From positions 1 to 64,000 of the IMG/VR virus record IMGVR_UViG_3300020178_000825: a DNA stretch of 64,000 bases. The stretch is one strand, 5' to 3'. Source of the stretch: an uncultured virus (IMG/VR IMGVR_UViG_3300020178_000825) (taxonomy: Duplodnaviria > Heunggongvirae > Uroviricota > Caudoviricetes). Numbering within the stretch: the first letter of the stretch is position 1; every line of letters begins with the position of its first letter. Under the pieces are notes generated by a model. It ran no database searches and was not told the origin of the DNA. It saw nothing but the letters and a program-made list of their open reading frames with translations. This document shows positions 9,660-18,816 of the stretch, piece after piece. Made by a program: the position numbers and the translations under genes.

Positions 9660-9691
9660 CAAATATAAGAAAAATATTTTAATTATCCAAA
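9660..9691 (-). promoter_or_regulatory. Bacteroidota-type promoter directly abutting the polymerase ATG
   Basis: TTTG-N20-TATATTTG; only 4 nt separate it from the ATG at 9655. Confidence 0.75.
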
Positions 9692-10045
9692 TTATTTCTT
9701 ATGAAATTGTAAAAGGTTGGGAAGATATAGTTGAATATTTCTCATTGATTGAGATGCTATTCTTACAGATGCCGAATTTGATTTCTTTACTTCGGATGGA
9801 CTTCCTTTAATTCTCCAATCTAATGAAACTACATTATAAAATGAATTAGTAGAAAACTTAGAGGTAGATTTTTTTCTAATTTCGTATATTACGGAAGATG
9901 GGTCATTTGATTTTTGAATAAAGTATCTAGTAATATATCCTCGATTATAATCAATATCAATTGGTTTAGGTATATATGCTACTATGTTTGTCTGATTAAA
10001 CTCAGAACCCAAATGAGCTATTTCCTTATATCTATCTATATTCAT
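9692..10045 (-). CDS. hypothetical protein at the end of the baseplate operon (117 aa)
   Basis: ATG lies 2 nt after the upstream stop; tail-module context. Confidence 0.7.
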   Translation of the reverse strand: MNIDRYKEIAHLGSEFNQTNIVAYIPKPIDIDYNRGYITRYFIQKSNDPSSVIYEIRKKSTSKFSTNSFYNVVSLDWRIKGSPSEVKKSNSASVRIASQSMRNIQLYLPNLLQFHKK

Positions 10046-10047
10046 AA

Positions 10048-12264
10048 TTATTTATTATTTCTATATCCACCACTTACTTCGGTTGTCCACATCATACCCT
10101 CAATACTATGTTTAACACTTAATACTTGAAAAAATCCATCATTATATACAGATGGTACTCCATTTACTTTAAACATATCACCTCTTCTTATACCACTAAC
10201 ACCATGAACCTTAAAAGTGAAGTTAATTGGCATTAAAGGAGTTGCGGATGAAGCATCTTCATCATTTCCTGTTTTTAGTGCGGTAAATATACCAGCATCT
10301 TTATAAGCCCCCAAATAACACAAATCATAAAGGTCTTGACTCATACTAGATTTATCATTTATTTCAACCTTTGGATAAAAACGAGCTTTACCTAACATAA
10401 TATTTAAATTAGCTTCTGCTATATCTTTTTTATCTTGCTCAGTTTGAGTCTTAGGGTCGTTTTTGTTTGTATTTTTTCTTTTTAATTTTACACCTAATTG
10501 GTCATTAAGTACATTCCCTTTAGAAAATAATGATACTTTTTTAGAATCACCATTTAAATCTGCTCCTAATTTTGAACCTATAACTTGATTCATTTTAGCA
10601 CCACTAATATCCAAATCTAAACTAGCATCAATAAATACCGAATCTGCTCCTATCATTTCAAATGTATATGCAGGAGTTTGTTTTCCATTCGATATAAGAT
10701 TCATTTCAAATATTTTTAATTTGTTTACTTTTTTCTTGCCAGATGTTACTTCTGATTCTTGTATTTGAAAATCCCACATACCATTTACAGCTGATGATAT
10801 TCCATTTAAAATTTGATAAAGAGCATCTTTTAGATAAAATTGTTTAGTATCTAATATACCTTTAAAAAAATCAAAGTTAACATACAAATCTTTTAAGTAT
10901 CCCCATTGATTAGGGTCTTTGGTCACTACCTTTCCTCCATCCGAAGGTGTAAATGAATAATTGTTTGGGTTTGGAAATTTAATTTTATTAAGTGGTGAAT
11001 TGTTTACTGTACCGGCATTTCTAATTTCTTCAATTGATGGTAATCCTTTATCAGCACTAATAGCAGCTAAATTAAATTTAGGTGATTGTGGATTTGGTAT
11101 AAATAATTTAGATGGGTCAGTACTATATATTTTTTCAAACGCTAAACATGCAGTATCTTTATAATCAATTTCAAAAGTTATTTCAGTACCATCAGGTAAA
11201 GTATAACCAGAAATACCAATTTCATATATGATATCCATCATACCATCAAATCGTATAAATCTTTCATCTCCAGTTATTTTTGTACCCGTTGGAAATTTGA
11301 CTTTTTTTCCATCAATTGTCATTTTTCCTTGTGTAACTTCCCAACCAAGACCAGGAATAGTAAATCCATCAGATTCATCATTTAATTCTTCAATAACCTC
11401 ATCATCAAAATTTATTAAATAAGTATCATCTGCTGCAAACTTACTTCGTAATCCCTTTACTGCTAAAGTTTGTCTTGTTTGTGGTAATTCATTAAACATT
11501 TTCATAAAACGTTCATCACCCAAACTACTATTTTTAGAATCAATAAAATTTAAACCAAATGGTTCAGCTGATGTTAATTTTTTTGATTCGTTTAGTTTTT
11601 GTTCACCGGTTTCGGTAGTAAGTAAATATGTTGGTAATTCCGTATATCCTGTACAATTTACATTTATTGTCCATTTATCACCATCTAAAGAAACACCACC
11701 ACCAGTTGAAAATCCCAAGTAATTATCATATTCACCACCAGTATTACTCCTTACATTATTAGTATTTGATGAATTTTGAAATTTAGATATTGCAGATGCA
11801 TTTAATGGTGTTAATCCACTAACACCATTTGATGTATTCCAGCCCCATTCTATAAACACACTCATACCAGGTTCTAAAAAGTATCTAGTTAACACTTCCA
11901 TTTGTTCTTTAGTAAAACAAGTTATAGAAAAACTTGCTTTTCTACTCAAATTACCAGAACCCTCATCCACTTCTAATGAGGTTACAATTGGAGAAGGTCT
12001 ATAACCTTGTCCAGCAGAGGGATTTATATCAGCACCACCCCAAGTTGTACCTATTCTACCAGCTTGTGTAGATGAACCATATGTTCTACCAGCTGCTCTA
12101 AACAAATTATTATCTGGATTTGAATCTAAAACTAATCCACCCCCACCACCAGAAACCAATCTTACAAATGGATTTAGTTTTGATAATAATTCAGTATTGC
12201 CTACTCTTTTTAATAAAGTACTTCTAACAAAATCCTGAATATTTGAGAAATTCGGAAATGACAT
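10048..12264 (-). CDS. putative baseplate hub protein (gp27/gpD-like)
   Basis: C-terminal FTFKVHGVSGIRRGDMF...FQVLSVKHSI...WTTEVSG hub-type beta-barrel; lies after the tape measure, tube-initiator and LysM genes. Confidence 0.6.
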   Translation of the reverse strand: MSFPNFSNIQDFVRSTLLKRVGNTELLSKLNPFVRLVSGGGGGLVLDSNPDNNLFRAAGRTYGSSTQAGRIGTTWGGADINPSAGQGYRPSPIVTSLEVDEGSGNLSRKASFSITCFTKEQMEVLTRYFLEPGMSVFIEWGWNTSNGVSGLTPLNASAISKFQNSSNTNNVRSNTGGEYDNYLGFSTGGGVSLDGDKWTINVNCTGYTELPTYLLTTETGEQKLNESKKLTSAEPFGLNFIDSKNSSLGDERFMKMFNELPQTRQTLAVKGLRSKFAADDTYLINFDDEVIEELNDESDGFTIPGLGWEVTQGKMTIDGKKVKFPTGTKITGDERFIRFDGMMDIIYEIGISGYTLPDGTEITFEIDYKDTACLAFEKIYSTDPSKLFIPNPQSPKFNLAAISADKGLPSIEEIRNAGTVNNSPLNKIKFPNPNNYSFTPSDGGKVVTKDPNQWGYLKDLYVNFDFFKGILDTKQFYLKDALYQILNGISSAVNGMWDFQIQESEVTSGKKKVNKLKIFEMNLISNGKQTPAYTFEMIGADSVFIDASLDLDISGAKMNQVIGSKLGADLNGDSKKVSLFSKGNVLNDQLGVKLKRKNTNKNDPKTQTEQDKKDIAEANLNIMLGKARFYPKVEINDKSSMSQDLYDLCYLGAYKDAGIFTALKTGNDEDASSATPLMPINFTFKVHGVSGIRRGDMFKVNGVPSVYNDGFFQVLSVKHSIEGMMWTTEVSGGYRNNK

Positions 12265-12269
12265 ATAAC

Positions 12270-12560
12270 TTATTTTTTAAATTGATTGTTTATCTCTATA
12301 AAGTTTTGTGGTATTCTTAAAATCGTACCATCTTTTAAACCAAATGGTGCATTGTGAATGTTATTGGCAGCTGCGATAATCCACCAAAGGGATGCATCAC
12401 CATAATAGTGATAAGCAATTGTATCCAATCTATCACCAGTCTCAGATGCTACTATAATATCATCATCTCTCAATGGTATTTGAGGATATATTTTAGAACG
12501 ATATACTATTCTACCATCTCCTATTTTTTTAACTTCGTTATTTTGATATCTACTTGCCAT
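12270..12560 (-). CDS. LysM-like baseplate protein (gpX/gp53-like)
   Basis: GDRLDTIAYHYYGDASLWWIIAAANN...GTILRIP. Confidence 0.85.
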   Translation of the reverse strand: MASRYQNNEVKKIGDGRIVYRSKIYPQIPLRDDDIIVASETGDRLDTIAYHYYGDASLWWIIAAANNIHNAPFGLKDGTILRIPQNFIEINNQFKK

Positions 12561-12566
12561 AGTTTA

Positions 12567-14300
12567 TTATGTTTGTGATGTAAATGTATAAAGTTTTCTA
12601 TTACCATCTTCAGTACCAGTTTCTTTTCTATTTTCAACAAATTTAATGGTAATAGCCACATCAACAATTGTAGGTAATCTATAACCAGTCATATCTATTT
12701 CATTATTTTGTGGGTTTTGGGGTATTCCGTTTGGTTTACCATATAATAGTTGACTTGTAATTTGAGCTGTATTATTTAAATGAGTATTTTCCTCACTCAT
12801 CACTTGCCAAGGTGTAGTATCATCAATAGTATATGAAAGAGATTCTATAAAACCTGCCTTTTTATTATACATATCACCCAATGTAAACATTATAAGTGGT
12901 GATTTTATAGCGGAGTTTCCATAATAATCAGCTGGATAAGTTAATCCAGATAAAAAGTTAAGTTTATCCCAAGCCTTTTTATGTTCTGCTGCGTTTAAAG
13001 AATATGTTTTAAAATTAAAAGAAACACTTCGTTCTATTCCATCGTATGTATAATAACTAAATGGGTTTCCAATAAATTTTTGTCCACTCCAAGAGGGAGA
13101 AAAGGTTTCAGTTAATCCACTAATAGTTGCTCTAAAATTTGCTGAACGTAATGCTCCACTAACTGTACCTAATGAAGTAAATTTAAGAGTTACGAAATCT
13201 AATGCATCTAATTCATCATCACCCTCACCAGCATACACACCACTCATATTTACTTTATCACTAATGGTGTACATTCCTCTTTTTGTTTCTAAGAAGTTTT
13301 CCGTAGATACATCTTTATAATTTGGGTTTTTAGTTACATTTGAAAATTTACTTGCTCTTTCAGGTTCAGCACTAAATTTAATAGTTGGTACATTTTCAAC
13401 TTCTTGTTTATAAGATAAATCATTTTTATCATTACCTTCTTTGATGATAGTTTTACTATACCTATTTCCCTTTTTATCTTCTTTTAATCTTTGAGCACCA
13501 GTAGTTGGTTCTAACGAACCATAATTAAATCCAAATTTACCCCAATTTCTTAAACTTTTATCAGTATATAAAGTTGGAAATTCGTTAGATGGGGTTGGTG
13601 TAATTCCACTTGGTATTCTACCCGTTGCTAATCCCAAAGAACTACCACCTCTACTTCCAAATAGTTTTTTACCTAATTCTTGCTTACCAGCACTTATAGC
13701 ACCACCCACTAAATTTCTACCAATAGCATCTGGTGTACCACCTCCAGCATTTTCACCAATAAATCCTAAAAGTTTTCCTGCAGCTGTTCCTTCTGCTGAT
13801 TTTAAAATCTTTTGTAATTGGCTCATTCTTTTTTGAGTTTCACCAATTCTTTCACTTTCCAATCCATTTACTACAAATGTTGGAATTGCTTTGGTTGGTA
13901 ATCCTAATGCACTTTTTACACTTGATGCCGCACTTCCTATCTTAGCCATTAAACCAGTAGCACCTGTTATTTCTCCAGATGTCTCTGCTTTCATTTTTGA
14001 AATCGAATCGGTTGTTCTTAAAGTTATTCTTGGTGTATCCGAACCATATATCATAGGTATCGAACCAAATCTAATAACTCTTAAACCAGTTACTTCTTGT
14101 TCTACTAAAGATTCATCAGTTCTAATTCCTAACAACTTTCTAGCACCCCTAGCCAATAACATACCAGTTACATTCACTAATGGATTTGATGAAGATATTC
14201 GTATATCCTTACTATCTCTAATAGCATAAGCTTCCTCAGCAGTTTTTCCGCCCTGAGAGGGTAATTGTTTACTTTTAAATAATTCTTCTAATGTTGGCAT
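12567..14300 (-). CDS. putative baseplate tail-tube initiator (gp48/gp54-like C-terminal tube domain)
   Basis: FRATISGLTETFSPSW...YTYDGIERSVSFNF...FTLGDMY...FIESLSYT; sits between the tape measure and LysM genes. Confidence 0.6.
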   Translation of the reverse strand: MPTLEELFKSKQLPSQGGKTAEEAYAIRDSKDIRISSSNPLVNVTGMLLARGARKLLGIRTDESLVEQEVTGLRVIRFGSIPMIYGSDTPRITLRTTDSISKMKAETSGEITGATGLMAKIGSAASSVKSALGLPTKAIPTFVVNGLESERIGETQKRMSQLQKILKSAEGTAAGKLLGFIGENAGGGTPDAIGRNLVGGAISAGKQELGKKLFGSRGGSSLGLATGRIPSGITPTPSNEFPTLYTDKSLRNWGKFGFNYGSLEPTTGAQRLKEDKKGNRYSKTIIKEGNDKNDLSYKQEVENVPTIKFSAEPERASKFSNVTKNPNYKDVSTENFLETKRGMYTISDKVNMSGVYAGEGDDELDALDFVTLKFTSLGTVSGALRSANFRATISGLTETFSPSWSGQKFIGNPFSYYTYDGIERSVSFNFKTYSLNAAEHKKAWDKLNFLSGLTYPADYYGNSAIKSPLIMFTLGDMYNKKAGFIESLSYTIDDTTPWQVMSEENTHLNNTAQITSQLLYGKPNGIPQNPQNNEIDMTGYRLPTIVDVAITIKFVENRKETGTEDGNRKLYTFTSQT

Positions 14301-14306
14301 AATATA

Positions 14307-16913
14307 TTATGTTGCGTAAGAATTACTTCCCACTCTACTTACTACTCTTGAAACTCCAGCAGTTACTTTCTGCCCATCTAAGTAAACTGCAACTTTACCA
14401 TTGTTTAAATCTTCTCTCAATCCTCTAATTTCAGTTATTAAATCAGAATCAGAACCTCCACCTTCATCTCCACCAAATCCTAATAGAGAACCAACTCCCA
14501 TTGCGATTGTTCCAACAGCAGCAACTGCCATCAGACCTGGTAGAGCAGCAATACCAGCTACACCAACCAGTGTTAATGCACCAGCTAATCCAACCAATGC
14601 CAATGCTAATGCGGCAATAGGTGCGATATATTGGAACATACCACCTAAAACATCTTTAACTTGAGATATAAGTGATACCACACTTCCCATCGAACCTCCA
14701 ATTGCTTGGAATCCAGCTGCTGCAACTAATAAACCAGCACCCAATACCATCATAGATACACCCAATCCAGCTAATGCAGCTAATCCAGCACCAAATATAA
14801 ATGCCCCTACACCAGTCATCATTAATGCACCAAGTCCGAACACAGCTGCTGAGAATACTACCAATCCTGCCGCTGCTGCCATTACTGAACCAATATCCAA
14901 TCCAGCAATTAAACTCATTGAGAATGCGAATGGAATAAGTGCAGCTCCTAAAATAGCCACAGCAATTGCACCCTTAATCATTTCACCTTGAGCTTTTCCT
15001 AACACATAAGCAATTGCAGCTAAACCAACTAAACTAGCTAATCCCATCCCAACAGCAGGCCATGTTACTGAACCGAATTCTTGGAATGCTTTAGCAGCAA
15101 CGAATAATGCAGCTGCTAGAATAAGGATAGCAGCAGCACCTTTTATTAAATTACTAGCTTTAGGTCCTTTACTACCTGCGGTTTTATTTAAATTATCACT
15201 AACTGAAGTTTCTGGTACTTTTGGTGTTTTAGCTGCTAACATATCTTTGGCTTTCTTACCCCCAAATCCAGCTGCTATTTGTTTATCTGATAAGTTCTTT
15301 CTTGCTTTTGATAATGCATCTTTACCCAATAATCCTTTAAGTTTTCCGGTTAACCCACCCATTCCTTTCATGGATTTTAAACCATCCTTTAAATTGAATC
15401 CCATCTGCCCAGCAGCAACTGCCACACTACCTAAACCTTGTACACCACTCAAAATTTGCGAACCAAATGCTTTAGCAGTGTTTGTTAATTTATCATAAGT
15501 AGATAAGGTTATCTGGCCGTTTTTATCCAATTTATCAGCATTATCAGCCATCTTTTGGAATTCTTCCACCGATACGCCTAATAGTGCTGCGGTTTGTTTC
15601 TTTTGGAAATAATCCATTTTATTGAATTCCTCAATACCACCCAATGCGGAAAGTGTTTCTCTTACTGAACCACCTATATCTCCTTCGTATGCTAATGCTC
15701 TGGCTCTATCTAAGTTGATATTCTTACCTAACATTGCACCTAATTCTAATTCGGCGTTTATCGATGATTCAAAATCTAATAGGTTATCGGTGATACCACT
15801 AAGGGTTTTCATACTAACACCTAACTTACCAGCAGCAACAGCAGCTTCAGCTATATTCGTACCACCAGCCTTACCATAGAGTGCAAACTCTTCAGCAGAT
15901 GCGGCTACATCAGCCATTACATCGGCAGGAACTAATCCATTTTGTTGTGCTAAATTCTGGGTTTGTTGAATTAAGTTTTGTGCAGTTTCGGCAGAACCAT
16001 CATTTAAACGAGCAAACGAACCTGTTAAAGATGCCGCTTCACCAGCACTAATACCTAAGTTCTTAGCTATTACGTTAGTTCTGAATTGTGTTTTTAATGA
16101 TACATCACTTAATCCACCAAATTCTTTTGAAAGAGATTTAGTAACACCAACTGCGTCTGGGAACACTGTCCCAAATAATGTGGTTGCTATATTAGAGGTA
16201 GAAGTTAGAGAACCACCCAATTCATATGAAGTTTTCAATAATTTTTTACCAGCAACACCAGCACCAATTAAAGCACTACCTAATACTCCACCAACAGTTG
16301 ATGTAAGTAATGATGCAGTTTCTAATATTCCACCAATGGTATCTTTTATACCATCATATACTTCTAATTGTTTATTTAAGAATTTTTTCTGTTTTTCAGT
16401 CAATCCAGACATTTTGAGGGCAACATCTCTTTGTTGTTCTAAATTATTTAGAATCTCTTCACTAACAGTTCCTTTTTTCCTTAAAGCTGCAATTTGTTCA
16501 TTTATAGATTTTTCTTGAAGTTCTCGTGCAACAGAATCTTCAGCTGACATTGATAACAAATCCTGATTCAATGATGCAATTGAATTTATCGCATCTTGCG
16601 TAGGCCCTTTAAGACCTTGTTGTATTTTTAACCTATCTCTATCTAAATTAACTAAAGATGCTTGAATACCAGTTAATCCTTTTAGTTTTGATTCTTGTTG
16701 AATTAAACTATCTACTACAATTTTGTGATTGGCTTGTATTTCTTTTATTTGTTCATTTATCTCTTTTAATTTTGCTAGCTGGGCTTTATATTCCGGAAGT
16801 TTTTTTGCATCAATGCGCCCTTCAGCAGTTTTACCCGCTAAAAGTTCATCAAGATAAGCTTTTGACTCTCTTCTTAGTTGTTGTAAAATTTGTAATTCGT
16901 CTCTGCTAGCCAT
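14307..16913 (-). CDS. tail tape measure protein (868 aa)
   Basis: Coiled-coil N-terminus, Ala/Gly/Leu-rich helical repeats, hydrophobic C-terminal segments, and canonical position after tube and chaperone. Confidence 0.85.
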   Translation of the reverse strand: MASRDELQILQQLRRESKAYLDELLAGKTAEGRIDAKKLPEYKAQLAKLKEINEQIKEIQANHKIVVDSLIQQESKLKGLTGIQASLVNLDRDRLKIQQGLKGPTQDAINSIASLNQDLLSMSAEDSVARELQEKSINEQIAALRKKGTVSEEILNNLEQQRDVALKMSGLTEKQKKFLNKQLEVYDGIKDTIGGILETASLLTSTVGGVLGSALIGAGVAGKKLLKTSYELGGSLTSTSNIATTLFGTVFPDAVGVTKSLSKEFGGLSDVSLKTQFRTNVIAKNLGISAGEAASLTGSFARLNDGSAETAQNLIQQTQNLAQQNGLVPADVMADVAASAEEFALYGKAGGTNIAEAAVAAGKLGVSMKTLSGITDNLLDFESSINAELELGAMLGKNINLDRARALAYEGDIGGSVRETLSALGGIEEFNKMDYFQKKQTAALLGVSVEEFQKMADNADKLDKNGQITLSTYDKLTNTAKAFGSQILSGVQGLGSVAVAAGQMGFNLKDGLKSMKGMGGLTGKLKGLLGKDALSKARKNLSDKQIAAGFGGKKAKDMLAAKTPKVPETSVSDNLNKTAGSKGPKASNLIKGAAAILILAAALFVAAKAFQEFGSVTWPAVGMGLASLVGLAAIAYVLGKAQGEMIKGAIAVAILGAALIPFAFSMSLIAGLDIGSVMAAAAGLVVFSAAVFGLGALMMTGVGAFIFGAGLAALAGLGVSMMVLGAGLLVAAAGFQAIGGSMGSVVSLISQVKDVLGGMFQYIAPIAALALALVGLAGALTLVGVAGIAALPGLMAVAAVGTIAMGVGSLLGFGGDEGGGSDSDLITEIRGLREDLNNGKVAVYLDGQKVTAGVSRVVSRVGSNSYAT

Positions 16914-16925
16914 ACTGAGATATTA

Positions 16926-17135
16926 TTATGAATAGTACTTTAAATCATCTTCTAGCTCTTTAGCTAGTTTATCGATTTGTTTCATTTTTTTAATAATAGG
17001 AGATGGAACTTTTTTGTTCTTTTCGGCTTGTTTTAATGCTTTATTAACTGCATTAGTTTTCAAACCATCAAAAAATGCATCAGAGAATTTTTTGGCTGCC
17101 CCAAATAATCCTTCGTTTGTTTTTTCTTTTGACAT
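16926..17135 (-). CDS. small basic hypothetical protein (~69 aa)
   Basis: Start MSKEK at 17135 is preferred over 17162, because 17162 abuts the ATATTTATA motif while 17135 has the usual spacing from it. Confidence 0.6.
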   Translation of the reverse strand: MSKEKTNEGLFGAAKKFSDAFFDGLKTNAVNKALKQAEKNKKVPSPIIKKMKQIDKLAKELEDDLKYYS

Positions 17136-17163
17136 AGGTAATCTCTTTATAGTTTTATACATC

Positions 17164-17172
17164 TATAAATAT
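17164..17172 (-). promoter_or_regulatory. ATATTTATA motif (putative late promoter)
   Basis: Exact motif upstream of the tape-measure/baseplate operon. Confidence 0.55.
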
Positions 17173-17193
17173 TGGATAAAAAAAAAGTAAGGA

Positions 17194-17400
17194 TTATTTC
17201 CTAACCCTTACTTTTGATTTACGTTCTGCTTTTTTGTATTCGTCTGCTTCCTTCTTTTTTAAATCGACCAATTTCTTAAAGTAAAACTTTCTCCATTGGA
17301 TTGGCATGAAGTAAACATCTCTCCAAGTAAATCCATTACCAAAGTTAACCAACTCCCAAATTTGGTTATGAAGTTGGATACTATAATCATTCGGAAGGGT
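17194..17400 (-). CDS. gp51/gpT-like C-terminal extension of the tail chaperone, probably expressed by frameshift
   Basis: Frame reading TLPNDYSIQLHNQIWELVNFGNGFTWRDVYFMPIQWRKFYFKKL overlaps the end of the upstream gene at a T7 run and has no convincing start codon. Confidence 0.65.
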   Translation of the reverse strand, partial: TLPNDYSIQLHNQIWELVNFGNGFTWRDVYFMPIQWRKFYFKKLVDLKKKEADEYKKAERKSKVRVRK

Positions 17401-18160
17401 AAAAAAACGATACCCCAAACGGGATATCGAGTGCCTCCTCTTCACCCGTCAACTCTGAAACAAAGTTGAATGTTAAATCCATATCAGGACTTAACTCTCT
17501 AACAAATTTTCTGAATGCTTTTGTATCTAATGCTAAGAATGAATTTTGAACCCACTTAGTAATATATCCTCTATCTTGATTACCATCTACCGATTGAATC
17601 ATATATTTCAAACGAGTAGTTACATCGAATGAAGTATCACCTTTACCTTTGTACAATCTAACCAATGCTTGATTTTCTTTTGTGATTTCAATTTCATCAC
17701 CATGTGTAAGAAGTTTAAATTCTAATTCAGTTCCACTTTTAGGTAAAGTAAATTTATACAAATTATCACCATTTAAGATTTTTTCATCAAAATCTTTGGT
17801 TTTTACTTTAGATAAATCAATAGTTACTGTTTGTGGTTCTAATGTAGATGGGTCAGTTACTTCTACTTTATAATCAGCACCATAACCCATTACTCTGGTT
17901 GCTAAAAGAATAGCGTTTTTATCACCAATAAAGATATCATTGATATCAACATCTGGCTCTACTACTACTGATTCAAATAGTTTATCTAAAACTACCCCCT
18001 TTTTAATTAGAGATTGTGATGCAAGAATATCTTCTTCTCTTGCTGTCATATATTTAATCTCAATGTTTCCTTTTCTTAAAGGATGTCCTTCTGGATAAAC
18101 TAATCCCTTTGATGGTAAATCCACTACCTCAGTTGGGAAATCAAATTTATTTTCGCTCAT
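17387..18160 (-). CDS. T4 gp26-like baseplate-hub assembly / tail assembly chaperone
   Basis: FPTEVVDLPSKG..Y, IKYMTAREEDIL and GDKNAILLATR..GYG; lies between tube and tape measure. Confidence 0.8.
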   Translation of the reverse strand: MSENKFDFPTEVVDLPSKGLVYPEGHPLRKGNIEIKYMTAREEDILASQSLIKKGVVLDKLFESVVVEPDVDINDIFIGDKNAILLATRVMGYGADYKVEVTDPSTLEPQTVTIDLSKVKTKDFDEKILNGDNLYKFTLPKSGTELEFKLLTHGDEIEITKENQALVRLYKGKGDTSFDVTTRLKYMIQSVDGNQDRGYITKWVQNSFLALDTKAFRKFVRELSPDMDLTFNFVSELTGEEEALDIPFGVSFFYPSE

Positions 18161-18218
18161 AATTAACCTTTATTTGTTTGTATATATAAGTATATCAAAA
18201 TAAAAAAGTTGTAAAACG

Positions 18219-18245
18219 AAAAAAGGTTCTCACTAAGAGAACCTT
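18219..18245 (-). terminator. rho-independent terminator after the tail tube gene
   Basis: Perfect 9-bp stem AAGGTTCTC-(5 nt loop)-GAGAACCTT running into a T tract on the minus strand. Confidence 0.85.
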
Positions 18246-18276
18246 CTTCAATTTATAGATAGTAGTGGATAATATC

Positions 18277-18765
18277 TTAAAATTCTAATATTGCGTAATC
18301 ATACGAAAGCGTTAATTCAATATCGGCAGGGTCATTAGATGAGAAATCTAAATCATTGAAATTAGCTGCTTGAATGAATGCACCTTTTAGTTTCCATTGT
18401 TCAATTTTATCACCAACAGGTCCTAACATATAGAAATCGATATCTTTTTTGTAGAAATCTGCGTATCCTTTTCTACCAGTTAAAGATTCATATCCTAATC
18501 TCACCCATTCCATCACTTGTTGTGCTCCACTTGGAACGATTGGGTCATATAATGTGATTGTGATATCTTGCCACTCACCCTTACCTTGTAATTTTCTATA
18601 AGTGTTAATGTGGTCTAACTTCACAGTTTCGAAATTGATAGATGGTCTCGCTGCTGTTTTAATTAAGTATGATTGAATACCATCAATCTCCATAATATAG
18701 CGATTCTTCATCTTCGGTTCGAAGTTGGTGAAGAACATTTCGTTAAATTCTAATACTTCTGCCAT
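18277..18765 (-). CDS. tail tube protein (gp19-like)
   Basis: FEPKMKNRY, GKGEWQDITITLYDPI, YKKDI...LGPVGD..EQWKLKGAF and IELTLSYDYA; follows the sheath. Confidence 0.9.
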   Translation of the reverse strand: MAEVLEFNEMFFTNFEPKMKNRYIMEIDGIQSYLIKTAARPSINFETVKLDHINTYRKLQGKGEWQDITITLYDPIVPSGAQQVMEWVRLGYESLTGRKGYADFYKKDIDFYMLGPVGDKIEQWKLKGAFIQAANFNDLDFSSNDPADIELTLSYDYAILEF

Positions 18766-18816
18766 TTTTTTATTTCCCTTTTATACTAATAAATATTAGT
18801 TATTCATTTTTTTGTT

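Noticed and set aside
17401..17445. GTG start giving the 83-aa ORF MKRRHSISRLGY...
   Set aside because: It lies inside the upstream gene with no A-rich leader; the protein-like sequence only begins at the T7 run, so a frameshift explains it better.
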